From: Nemertoderma westbladi | Taxonomy: Eukaryota > Animalia > Xenacoelomorpha | Length of the DNA: 36,751 bases | Reading direction: 5' to 3' | NCBI GenBank assembly: GCA_032718475.1 | Contig: JAUCBJ010001658.1 | Location: 1 to 36,751 of the forward strand | Shown here: in pieces, positions 1 to 11,753 of the stretch | Layout of the letters: every line of letters starts with the position of its first letter | Numbering within the stretch: position 1 is the stretch's first letter | Program-made: the position numbers and the translations under genes | Notes under the pieces: generated by a model | The model's input: only the letters and a program-made list of their open reading frames with translations | Databases searched by the model: none | What the model was told of the DNA's origin: nothing

Positions 1-40
1 ACTAGAAAGCCTGTGGCCCTTCGGGCCACAGCTTTCTAGT
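1..40 (-). other. Helitron 3' terminal hairpin (repeated at 2859-2898, variant at 4937-4976)
   Basis: ACTAGAAAGC-C-TGTGGCCC-TTC-GGGCCACA-GCTTTCTAGT is a near-perfect palindrome with one bulged base. Confidence 0.9.
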
Positions 41-2859
41 GCACCTGCAGATGATATATGACTATGTGTGGGAGATTTGAGAACTGCATATGGAACAGAC
101 ACCATCATTAAATAAAACACCACCCCCATAAGAGATAACTGTCAAATTTCAACTTTAGGCAGATTGTAAATAACAAAATTTCCAGAAAATGATCACTTTC
201 AGATCGACTCCGTAAAGGTACAGCCTATGCTGTAGTAGATGCCTACCAAGTTTCAGTCTAAACCGTTAGTAAATAACAGTAGACTGGGGAAGTGTATAGG
301 ACTCTGCAACTCCCTAAAGATACAGCCTATGATGTAGTAGATACCTGCCAAGTTTTAGCTCAAAAAGATTAAAAAGAACCAAATGGGATGAGGTTTTCAC
401 TATCAGACAATTCGCCCTCTAGCGGCTGACTGTGGAACTGTAGACGTCTCTACTACTCCGCAAAGATATAGCCTATGCTAGAGTAGATGCCTACCAAGTT
501 TCAGTCTAAAAGGATTGTAAATAACAAAGTTGGAGGAGATGTTAACTTTCATACATTTCGCCCTCTAGCGGCAGACGCAGGTAATGTAGACAACTCTGCG
601 CGACTCAGTAAAGATATAGCCTATGCTGTAGTAGATGCCTACCAAGTTCAGTCTAAATGGATTATAAATAACAAAGCTAGAGATGTTAACTTTCAGACAT
701 TTCGCCCTCTAGCGGTAGACTGGGGAATTGTAGACGACTCTGCGACTCAGTAAAGATACAGCCTATGCTGTAGTAGATGCCTACCAAGTTTCAGTCTAAA
801 CGGATTGTAAATAACAAAGTTGGAGAAGATGTTAACTCTCAGACATTTAGCCCTCTAACGGTAGACTGGGGAACTGTAGACAAATCAGTGACTCCGGAAA
901 TATACAGCCTATGCTGCAGTATATAGCTACCAAGTTTCAGCTCAAAAGCATTAAAAATAACAAAGTTGGAGAAGATGTTAACTTTCAGACATTTCGCCCT
1001 CTAGCGGTAGACTGGGGAATTGTAGACGACTCTACAACTCCGCAAAGATATAGCCTATGCTATAGTAGATGCCTACCAAGTTTCAGTCTAAAAGGATTGT
1101 AAATAACAAAGTTGGAGAAGATGTTAACTTTCATACATTTCGCCCTCTAGCGGCAGACACAGGTACTGTAGACAACACTGCGCGACTCAGTAAAGATATA
1201 GCCTATGCTGTAGTAGATGCCTACCAAGTTCAGTCTAAACGGATTATAAATAACAAAGTTGGAGAAGATGTTAACTTTCAGACATTTCGCCCTCTAGCGG
1301 TAGACTGGGGAATTGTAGACGACTCAGTGACTCCGGAAATATACAGCCTATGCTGCAGTATATAGCTACCAAGTTTCAGCTCAAAAGCATTAAAAATAAC
1401 AAAGTTGGAGAAGATGTTAACTTTCAGACATTTCGCCCTCTAGCGGTAGACCGGGGAATTGTAGACGACTCAGCTACTCAGTAAAGATACAGCCTATGCT
1501 GTAGTAGATGCCTACCAAGTTTCAGTCTAAACGGATTGTAAATAACAAAGTTGGAGAAGATGTTAACTCTCAGACATTTAGCCCTCTAACGGTAGACTGG
1601 GGAACTGTAGACAACTCAGTGACTCCGGAAATATACAGCCTAGGCTGCAGTATATAGCTACCAAGTTTCAGCTCAAAAGCATTAAAAATAACAAAGTTGT
1701 AGAAAATGTTAACTTTCAGACATTTCGCCCTCTAGCGGTAGACTGGGGAATTGTAGACGACTCTGCGACTTAGTAAAGATACAGCCTATGCTGTAGTAGA
1801 TGCCTACCAAGTTTCAGTCTAAACGGATTGTAAATAACAAAGTTGGAGAAGATGTTAACTCTCAGACATTTAGCCCTCTAACGGTAGACTGGGGAACTGT
1901 AGACAACTCAGTGACTCCGGAAATATACAGCCTATGCTGCAGTATAAAGCTACCAAGTTTCAGCTCAAAAGCATTAAAAACAACCCAATGAGATCAGGTT
2001 TTCACTATCGGACAATTCGCCCCCTAGCGGCAGACGGGGGAACTTCAGACGGCTCTGAGTATTACGTTGCAACGAGTTAGGGCGAAACATATCGAACGAG
2101 CTATAGTAAGCGAGATTTCATCGAGATTAGATGTATAATATTAGATAAAATAATAATACAGTAAGTATAGGCCTATAGAAATAATTATTTTACTTTTAAT
2201 ATTCATAATATAAAATAACAGTAAAACAAAAATGTTATAAACCTCTCCTTCCATGCAGCCAATGATTGAGAAAGCAGAACTACTCTGAGCAATTCCCAAC
2301 AGACAACCCAAACCCACCCCAATCAACACTCCAGCCTGCTTGCTCCTTATCTGTGCCCAGCCAGCTAGCTGCGAGTTCAATAATTAACTTAACGTTGCTA
2401 TGATACAGAAAACAATCCTTCCCTATTCAATAGCAATAGGCCAATTCGATCGTGCTTGGCGATTATGACATATTTATACACTATTTGATTTTTACTCAAT
2501 AAATAATCATACATATTTATATTAAACACTCGAATAAAATAAAAACTCTGTGAGAATGGGACACGGCGAATCTACCCATGTTAATTTTATACCAGGTGGG
2601 ATAAATGTTAGCCCTCGAAATCATTAATTACCGATAGAAGAACCGAAATAATTCGTTAAATTCGCCCGAAAATCACGAAAATCGCCCTCTAGCGGCAGAC
2701 GGGTGAACTTCAGACGAGTCTGAGTATTACGTTGCAACGAGTTAGAGCGAGACCTTTCTAACGAGCTATAGCAAGCGAGATTTCATCGAGATGGGTTCGA
2801 TTGTATAGCCGATGACAAACACACAGACAGACAGACAATCGAGATTTATATATATTAGA
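2..2859 (-). mobile_element. Non-autonomous Helitron, copy 1
   Basis: Minus strand starts TCTAATATATATAAATCTCG followed by a (TGTC)n microsatellite at 2859. It ends with a GC-rich hairpin and CTAG|T at positions 40-1. Internal ~146-bp tandem array. No Rep/helicase ORF. Confidence 0.85.
205..2060. repeat. ~146-bp tandem repeat array inside Helitron 1
   Basis: Anchor TTCGCCCTCTAGCGG or a close variant at 411, 557, 701, 847, 993, 1139 and onward to ~2016, with spacing of 144-147 bp. Confidence 0.95.
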
Positions 2860-4937
2860 CTAGAAAGCCTGTGGCCCTTCGGGCCACAGCTTTCTAGTGC
2901 ATGTGCAGATGATATATGAATATGTGTGGGAGATTGGAGAACTGCATACGGAACAGACACCATCATTAAATAAAACACCACCCCCATAAGAGATAACTGT
3001 CAAGTTTCAACTTTAGGCAGATTGTAAATAACAAAATTTCCAGAAAATGATCACTTTCAGCTCCACCCTCTATACCTGCGGACTGGTGAAATGCAGACGA
3101 TGCTGCAGTTTGGTAAAGATGGGGTTTATGGTGAAGTAAAATGCCTGCCTTTCAAGTTTCAGCTTAAACAGATTGTAAATAACAAAATTGGTGTAGATGT
3201 TCACATTCAGACATTTCACCCTCTAGCGGTAGACTAAAGAACTGTAGACGAATCTGGGACTCCGTAAAGATACAGAATATGCTGTAGTAGATTCCTGCCA
3301 AGTTCCAGCTCAATAGGATTAAAGAGAACCAATTGGGATGAGGTGTTCACTATCAGACAATTCGTCCTCTAGCGGCAGATAGGGGAACTGTATACAACTC
3401 TGCGACTCCGTAAAGGTAGAGCCTATGCTGTAGTAGATGCCTACCAAGTTTCAGTCTAAACCGTTGGTAAATAACAAAGTTGGAGAAGATGGTAACTTTC
3501 AGACATTTCACCCTCTAGCGGTAGACTGGGGAAGTGTATAGGACTCTGCAACTCCGTAAAGATAGAGCCTAGGATGTAGTAGATACCTGCCAAGTTTCAG
3601 CTCAAAAGGATTAAAAAGAACCAAATGGGATGAGGTTTTCACTATCAGACAATTCGCCCTCTTGCGGCTGACTGTGGAACTGTAGACGACTCTACTACTC
3701 CGCAAAGATATAGCCTATGCTATAGTAGATGCCTACCAAGTTTCAGTCTAAAAGGTTTGTAAATAACAAAGTTGGAGAAGATGTTAACTTGCAGACATTT
3801 CGCCCTCTAGCGGTAGACTGGGAAATTGTAAACGACTCTGCGACTCAGTAAAGATTCAGCCTATGCTGTAGTAGATGCCTACCAAGTTTCAGTCAAAACG
3901 GATTGTAAATAATAAAGTTGGAGAAGATGTTAACTCTCAGACATTTAGCCCTCTAACGGTAGACTGGGGAACTGTAGACAACCCAGTGACTCCGGAAATA
4001 TACAGCCTATGCTGCAGTAAATAGCTACCACGTTTCAGCTCAAAAGCATTAAAAACAACCCTATAAGATCAGGTTTTCACTATCGGATAATTCGCCCTCT
4101 AGCGGCAGACGGTGGAATTTCAGACGGCTCTGAGTATTACGTTGCAACGAGTTAGGGCGAGACCTATCTAACGAGCTATAGTAAGCGAGATTTCAGCGAG
4201 ATTAGATGTATAATATTAGATAAAATAATAATACAGTAAGTATAGGCCTACAGAAATAATTATTTTACTTTTAATATTCATAACAGTAAAACAAAAATGT
4301 TATAAACCTCTCCTTCCATGCAGCCAATGATTGAAAAAGCAGAATTACTCTGAGCAATTCGCAACAGACAACCCAAACCCACCCCAATCAACACTCCAGC
4401 CTGCTTGCTCCTTATCTGTGCCCAGCCAGCTAGCTGCGAGTTCAATAATCACCCTAACGTTGCTATGATACAGAAAACAATCCTTCCCTATTCAATAACT
4501 ATAGGCCAATTCGATCCTGCTTGGCGAATATGACATATTTATACACTATTTGATTTTTAATCAATAAATAATCATACATATTTATATTAAACACTCGAAT
4601 AAAATAAAAACTTTGTGAGAATGGGACACGGCGAATCTACCCATGTTAATTTTATACCAGGTGGGATAAATTTTACCCCTCTAAACAATTAATTACCGAT
4701 AGAAGAACCGAAATAATTCGATAAATTTCGCCCGAAAATCACGAAAATCGCCCTCTAGCGGCAGACGGGCGAACTTCAGACGGCTCTGAGTATTACGTTG
4801 CAACGAGTTAGGGCGAGACCTTTCTAACGAGATATAGCAAGCGAGATTTCATCGAGATGGGTTCGATTGTATAGCCGATGACAAACACACAGACAGACAG
4901 ACTGACTGACAGACAATCGATATTTATATATATTAGA
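2860..4937 (-). mobile_element. Non-autonomous Helitron, copy 2 (same family as copy 1)
   Basis: Same termini as copy 1 and near-identical non-array sequence (2860-3060 matches 2-200, 4090-4937 matches 2016-2859). Fewer array units. Direct CTAG|TC junction with copy 1. Confidence 0.85.
3060..4135. repeat. ~146-bp tandem repeat array inside Helitron 2
   Basis: Same unit as in Helitron 1, anchors near 3215, 3361, 3507, 3653, 3799, 3945 and 4091. Confidence 0.95.
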
Positions 4938-7211
4938 CTAGAAAGCCAGTGGCCCTTCGGGCCACGGCTTTCTAGTTCACAAGCCTATTCACCATTCCAA
5001 ACATTAATTAATTAATTAACTTAACAAAACTTCATATGATTGAGAGTGTTCTCTCAAACAAAAGGACTGATGCTGTTTTACTTTTCAGATATCTACACTG
5101 GTCAACGTCCTTCGCATAGATGCAGCCTTATGATGTAGTACAGTAGACCTCTGACAATTATCAGCGTAAAAGCATTTTTAATAAATAAATGTGAGAATGT
5201 TTTTACTTTTCAGATTCAGATTTTTCGCACCCTAGCAGTAGACTGGAAATCCTCAGACTGGTTAGCGTCCTCCCCATACAAACAGCCTATGGTCAAGCAT
5301 GCCTTTCCCAAGTATAAGCAAAAAAGCATTAGAAACAACGAAATGGGAGAAGGATTTCACTTGAGACATTTCACCCTCTAGCGGCAGACTGAGAAATTGC
5401 AGATTGGTCAGAGTTTTCCACAAACACGCAGTCTATGGTGTAGTAGACCTCTGACAAGTATCAGCCTAAAAGCATTAGAAACAACGAAACGGGATAAGGT
5501 TTTCACTTTCAGACATTTCGCCCCCTAGCGGCCGAATGGAGAACTGCAGTTTGTTAGGCGTCTTACCTAGACACACACCCTATGGTGTACTACACATCTG
5601 GCAAGTGTCAGCCTGAAATCATATTAATAACGAAATTGGATAAGGTTTTCACTTTCAGACATTTGGCCCCCAAGCGGTAGACTGGATAAATGCAGACTGG
5701 TTCTAGCTCCTCCCCAAACACACAGTCTATGGTGTAGTAGACCTCTGCCAAGTATCAGCAAAAAAGCATTATAAACAATGAAATGCATAAAGGTTTTCAC
5801 TTTCAGACATTGCGCCCCCTAGCGGCAGACAGAGCTATTGCAGATTGGTCTTAGTTCTCCACAAACACGCAGTCTTTGATGTAGTAGACCTCTGACAAGT
5901 ATCAGCCTAAAAACATTATAAACATCAAAATGGGATAAGGTTTTCACGTTCAGACATTTCGCCCCCTAGCGGCCGAATAGAGAACTGCAGGTTGTTCGGC
6001 GTCCTCTCCAGACACACACCCTATGGTGTAATACACATCTGCCAAGTGTCAGCCTAAAAGCATTATTAATAACGAAATGGGATAAGGTTTTCACTTTCAG
6101 ACATTTCGCCCCCCTAGCGGCCGAATGGAGAACTGCAGTTTGTTCGGCGTCTTACCTAGACACACACCCTATGGTGTACTACACATCTGGCAAGTGTCAG
6201 CCTAAAAGCATTATTAATAACGAAATGAGATAAGGTTTTCACTTTCAGACATTTGGCCCCCTAGCGGTAGACTGGAGAAATGCAGACTGGTTCTAGCTCC
6301 TCCCCAAACACGCAGTCTTGGTGTAGTAGACCTCTGCCAAGAATCAGCAAAAACGCAGTAAAAACAACGAAATGGGTGAAGGTTTTCACTTTCAGACATT
6401 GCGCCCCCTACCGGCAGACAGAGGAATTTCAGATTATTCAGAGTTCTCTACAAACACGCAGTCTATGGTGTAGTCGACTTCTGCCAAGTATCAGCAAAAA
6501 AGCATTATAAACAACGAAATGGGATAAGGTTTTCACTTTCAGATATTTCTCCCCCTAGCGGCAGACTGGGGAATTGCAGATTAGTCGGCATCCTCCGAAA
6601 ACACACAGCCTATGGTATAGTAGACCTCTGCCACGTATCAGCTAAAAGGCATTAATAATAACGAAATGGGAGAAGGTTTTCAGTTTCTGATATTTCGCCC
6701 CCTAGCGGCAGACTGGAGAACTGCAGATTGATCAGTGTCTTCCCAAACACACAGTCTATGGTCAGGAACGTATCTGCAAAGTATCATTTAGAACAGATTG
6801 AGTCTGTTGGTGCAACCGCTGTTATAGAGTTTCCTGCTGGTTGACAAATTTGGCTGAAAATGGTTATGGAATAATAGCCCAATTTGACCACAAATACGCA
6901 TTCACACATAAATAATGCATAAAATTCGCCTCGATATAACGACGTTTCGCGTCCATGTGCTCGGGGCAGTCTGCATCACGTAGATGCGCATCAAAAAGTA
7001 GCATAATAGTCGGGACCCAACATGTAGAGTGACAGAATGAACTGCTAGGCCTACCGCGCTACCGGTACCAAATTCACGAAATCTGCATTCACGCAAACAA
7101 ACGCGCAAAATAAGACTCGAGATAGCGACAGTGCACGTGCTCGTGACGAGAGCTTTCGTTCGATGTATCGCGAGCTCCGATTGGTGCTTGTGTGTAGAAA
7201 CGTATAGCTTG

Positions 7212-7243
<32 letters not shown>

Positions 7244-7264
7244 CATGATATTTATATATATAGA
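4938..7264 (-). mobile_element. Non-autonomous Helitron, copy 3 (related but distinct family)
   Basis: Minus strand reads A|TCTATATATATAAATATC plus (TGTC)n at 7265/7264. Variant terminal hairpin and CTAG at 4976-4938. Diverged ~147-bp array and different unique segments. Confidence 0.8.
5085..6790. repeat. ~147-bp tandem repeat array inside Helitron 3
   Basis: Anchor TTTCAGACATTTCGCCCCCTAGCGG recurs near 5371, 5517, 5663, 5811, 5957, 6104, 6252, 6399, 6546 and 6693. Confidence 0.95.
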
Positions 7265-8172
7265 TAGGATCAGAGGATATATTTCGGGCAGAATTAAAAT
7301 CAGATTATGCAATATACATCTGTTGTTTTGGATGAGTCAGGATGACGTTAATGATTTAGCTACCAGTACTGATTTAAATAGTGAAAAAATTAATTTAGCG
7401 GCTGACAAGTTAACCACACTCATTTACAACTGTGCACAGAAAGTAACACCGGCACCAAAACACATTTCTAAGGATAATATACTGTACATAATGGTGCTAG
7501 GTGGTTTAATTATGATTGTGTTGTTTCTGAAAGTAAATTTAGCAATGCGCTTAGTGATTGGCGCCGAACCCGTTCCGATCTAGCACTACTTAATGTGCAG
7601 AATGCAAGGAAAATTTATAAAAAAAACTCTCAGACAGGCACGTGTGGTGTACGGAAAAGTAGAGTCGACTAAATTAATGAGGCTGGGTCTAAAATATGTT
7701 AAAATGTTTTGGAATAAACTTAAAAATTATTTTAATACCTCCAAGGGCAAGGCTATGTCAAGTACCGAGGAGTTAGAATGGAATTTTAAGGACTTGCCTT
7801 GTGGAAACTCGGATTTTGAAGATGGAGACTAGCCAATCACAAAGTTTTAATGTATCTGATAGTTTTGAGACATATATTAGTCAACGATTTGACGAGTCTG
7901 AAGTGGCTGCCGAGATTAAGAAATTAAAGTTGGGGAAACACCCGTTGAGGACATGATTTTGAGTGAATTTCTGGTTGCTGGTGTAAATAAACTAACATCT
8001 TCAAATACAGTACGGCTGTTTTTAATGCAGGTTTGTTAACAGGTAATTTCCCAATGAGATGTACCACTGGTCTTATTAAACCATTGTATAAGAACAAAGG
8101 CAGTCGCTTCGACCCGACAAACTTTCGTGGTATTACTTTGCTTAGTATTATTCATTTTAAACAATAGGTTAA
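7265..8172 (+). pseudogene. Decayed non-LTR retrotransposon ORF2 (RTE-X-like), pre-RT and RT N-terminal part
   Basis: Frameshifted fragments include IKKLKLGK and LIKPLYKNKGSRFDPTNFRGITLLS, then ILNNRL at the insertion site. Confidence 0.75.
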
Positions 8173-9766
8173 CCCTATTACCCCTGGGGGGGGGGGGGGG
8201 GGGGGGCGAATCGACCCATTCCTAGTTTTTAGTTGCTGTAACTATGCAACCACATTACGTACCGGCCCAATTTTTTGTGAGAATTAGCCAAATTTAATGC
8301 CGCATCTTTTGCAAAAAACGCCGTTGCAATTGGATTTCTACTTTTCGATGTGGGTGCCACCTCAAAATTTGGTCTCCAGCACCAAATTTTTTGAAATTTT
8401 CGAATTTTACAAAGTCATTAGTGATTTAGTAATTATTTATGTTTGGGCTATTTTTATTTATTTTTATTGGTTTGGATCACTCTAATGCTCTATACAAGTA
8501 TATAAGTGTAGTGGTACGTCATTTTTGGAGCACCAAATTCAGGGCGTGGCACTTTAAAATTTCAAAATTACTTTATTCGGAAAATTTACTAAAGTTCTGA
8601 TTTCGAAGCATTTTTATTGGTTTTCTGGAGCGCTGAATCGATTAAAAGTAGTATAGAAGACTGAAGACTTAGTGGTTCGCCATTTTTGGTGCACCAAAAT
8701 TAGGGCGTGGCACTTCAAATTTTGAAAAATACGAGATTCGGAAAATACACTAAAGTTTTGATTTGCAAAGCATTTTTATAGGTTTTCTGGAGCGCTGAAT
8801 CGATTGAAAGTAATATAGAAGCCTGAAGACTTAGTGGTTCGCCATTTTTGGTGCACCAAAATTAGGGCGTGGCACATCAAATTTTGAAAAATACGAGATT
8901 CGGAAAATACGCTAAAGTTTTGATTTGCAAAGCATTTTTATAGGTTTTCTGGAGCGCTGAATCGATTGAAAGTAATATAGAAGCCTGAAGACTTGGTGGT
9001 TCGCCATTTTTGGTGCACCAAAATTAGGGCGTGGCACTTCAAATTTTGAAAAATACGAGATTCGGAAAGTTCACAAAAGTTTTGATTTCAAATTAATTTT
9101 ATAGGTTTTCTGGAGCGCTGAATCGATTGAAAGTAATATAGAAGCCTCAAATCCTTTGTGTACGTAATTTTCGGTGCACCAAAATTAGGGCGTGGCACTT
9201 AAATTTTCAAAATTACTTTATTCGGAAAAAACACTAAAGTTTTGATTTCAAAAAATGGCTAACTTCTAAGTCTTCAGGCTTCTATATTACTTTCAATCGA
9301 TTCAGCGGCCCAGAAAACCCATAAAGATGCGTTGAAATAAAAAAATTAGGGGCATTTTCTGAATATCTAATTTTTCAAAATTTGAAGTGCCACGCCCACT
9401 TCTTAGGTGCACGAAAAATAGCATCCACTTCAATTTTTGGAAGTGGAATATAATCACATTCGATTCAGCGTCTTGAAAAACCTACTAAATCTAGCCAACA
9501 CTGCCACACTATTAGTTTTTAGAAAACGAAAAATTTTGCAATTTTGTCCTGGGACTACTTTTATTTTTCATCAAAATTATGAGTTCCTGCCATTTTAACT
9601 TTTTAAGGTTTGGTAGTGTTCATCTATAGTTGTTTCACCAACAGCCCAAATTTTGTAGGATTTCATTGGACGACTACAAAAATATAGTGGGTGGGCCGAA
9701 TCGCCCCCCCCCCCCCCCCCCCCCCCCAGTGGTGCTAATGGTCAAAACACCCCAGTGGTAATAGGG
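8173..9766. mobile_element. Non-autonomous piggyBac-like element (MITE 1)
   Basis: TTAA at 8169-8172 and 9767-9770. TIRs CCCTATTACCCCTGGGG and CCCTATTACCACTGGGG (16/17 identical). Removing it restores the LINE frame ILNNRL|IWWAGCFGIIVEAQAGFRTG. Confidence 0.92.
8515..9485. repeat. 162-bp tandem repeats in MITE 1 with an inverted copy at ~9262-9485
   Basis: CATTTTTGGTGCACCAAAATTAGGGCGTGGC at 8681, 8843 and 9005. Reverse-complement unit starts near 9265 (CTAAGTCTTCAGGCTTCTATATTAC to GTGCCACGCCC). Confidence 0.9.
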
Positions 9767-10790
9767 TTAATCTGGTGGGCGGGGTGTTTTGGTATTATAG
9801 TGGAGGCCCAAGCTGGCTTTCGTACTGGATTTTCCACTACGGATCATATTTTTACTTTAAATGGATTGATTGAACATTTCTTACATGGTGCATCAAAAAC
9901 ACGTAAACTTTGCTGTGCCTTCATAGATTTCAAGAAGCCGTTTGATTCGGTAGATAGATCGGCATAGTGGGTAAAATTGATTGCTCTTGGGTTTTCGGGT
10001 AAAGTACTTAATTTAATCAAAGGACTTTACAATGATGTAAAATCTCGGGTAGTTGTAGGTAATGAAGTATCTAAGGAATTTGATTGTTTTCTGGGGGTTC
10101 GACAAGGCGAATGCTTAAGTCCATTGTTGTTTGCATTGTTTACTAACGACTTGCTAATAAATGACTTGGAGGCTGAGCTATCCAGTGGTGGAATTGATGG
10201 AGTTTTCATTGCATCCTTGAAATTATTTCTTCTTTTATTTGCAGACGACATAATTTTAATAGCTGAAACTGAAAGTAGTTTACAAAGAGCTATAGATGTT
10301 CCGAGTTAGTACTGTAAGTTCTGGCGTTTGGAATTTAATCTGGCAAAGTCGGGGGTTGTTGGGTTTAGACGAGGTGGGCGGCTGGCAAGAAGTCATCACT
10401 GGTCACTGGATGGTAATCAGCTCCAAGTGGTTAATCAATATACTTACAGTATTTAGGAATCCTGTTTTAAAGTAGCGGTAAATTCTCTTTGGGCCAGTCA
10501 CAACTAGCGGAGAAGGCTAGTAAAGCTTATTTTTTCTCTTCGGAGGTATTTTATCCAGTTCCCTTGCATTTATTTTTCAGTTGCTCTGAAATTATTCAAT
10601 AGCTTAATGAAACCGATCCTTATGTATGGTGCTGCGGTGTGGGGAATTCATCACGTCGACGATATTGAGCGATTGCATCGAAAATTTATTCGTAACTATT
10701 TGGGTGTCAAAGAATCGACCCCGAATTTCACCATTTATGGTGAAGGAACTGTAGAAGTCTGTCTGTGTGTAGAATTTCAAAATGTTTGAT
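9767..10790 (+). pseudogene. Decayed non-LTR retrotransposon RT domain and C-terminus (RTE-X-like)
   Basis: Motifs QAGFRTGFSTTDHIF, AFIDFKKPFDSV, GVRQGECLSPLLF, LLFADD, PILMYGAAVWG and LGVKESTPNFTIYGE, with stops and frameshifts. No 3' tail seen. The clade assignment is by resemblance only. Confidence 0.85.
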
Positions 10791-11753
10791 AGACTACATG
10801 GTGTACCAAGTTTGGTTCCATTTCATCCATGATTGACCGACTTATTAGCGTTCAAACATTCCTGCCACAAACATAGCCAGAGGCAGCCACAAACAAACAA
10901 AAGCTGCAGGAACTCGAGCGATCATTAATTAATTAATTATTAAATACTGTTTCAATTAAATTATTTACGAAAATCTAGTTATCTCCTTTTAAATATGGAC
11001 CCTGCATTCGTGGAAAATATAATATTTGATAATTCATCAGTCAGCCTACTCTAATTTTGCAGGCTAGGTCCTTTGTCATGGCCTGTTGTTTAGATGGAAA
11101 CAATGCAGCAATAATGTGCCTTGGCTGCTTTTCGAAGTGTGGTAGGCCTATTTCACTTTCTTCAGCCAATCCAGCATTTCCAGATTGCAGTGATAAGTCC
11201 AGTAGTATACCGCGTACCGAATCCTAGTAATGGATACCTAACTGTAGAATCCAGCAGCATATGGGTTTGTACAGTATATACCAAGAAATCCCAGTCCAGG
11301 GTATGTCCAAATGAACAGATATCGAAGTACACAAACGACTACTGGCGAGGAACGGAGCCTGATGTCCCTTCTAAACTTGGGCGAATCAATTGCCGGGCTA
11401 ACTGGACAATCAGGGTGACCGTCCTCTAACCGGTGAGGCAGATGTACAGTCTAAAGATACAGACCAAACTCAATATATCAAACATATATAATATCAAACA
11501 ATCCCCGCATAACGAATCCTAACAACCGCTAATGGACCTAAATACTGTAGACTTGCCGCGGTGTGATTTATATGGGTATAATATGAGCTAGCAGGTTGAC
11601 CGACACTAGCGTAACGCACAATACTGCCAACAGAAAAAGCAGTCAATTTTGCCTAAGGGTGGAACAATACCTCTACAAACAATCTAAAGGACGCGTGTGT
11701 ATGTGTGTGCTATTATAAAACAATTTTGGTGTACTGCTGTTGTACTAGATCTT

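Noticed and set aside
205-6790. Regular repeats resembling a CRISPR array, and short ORFs such as MPTKFQSKRIVNNK
   Set aside because: Whole units repeat with no unique spacers and no cas genes. The 146-bp period is not a multiple of 3, so the ORFs are by-products of the repeat.
8186-8206. Long G/C homopolymers (also near 9703, 15426, 25529, 28091, 28966) as G-quadruplex signals
   Set aside because: Most are parts of transposon termini, and homopolymer lengths are unreliable in assemblies.
10790-10945. Possible Helentron/HINE-type fragment (GTACCAAGTTTGG, CAAA repeats) after the LINE
   Set aside because: No termini or target duplication could be defined, so support is too weak.
11527-11540. 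14-bp match CGCTAATGGACCTA with 32365-32378 as a possible 5'/3' LTR pair
   Set aside because: The flanks do not align, and a few 14-mer matches are expected by chance in 37 kb.
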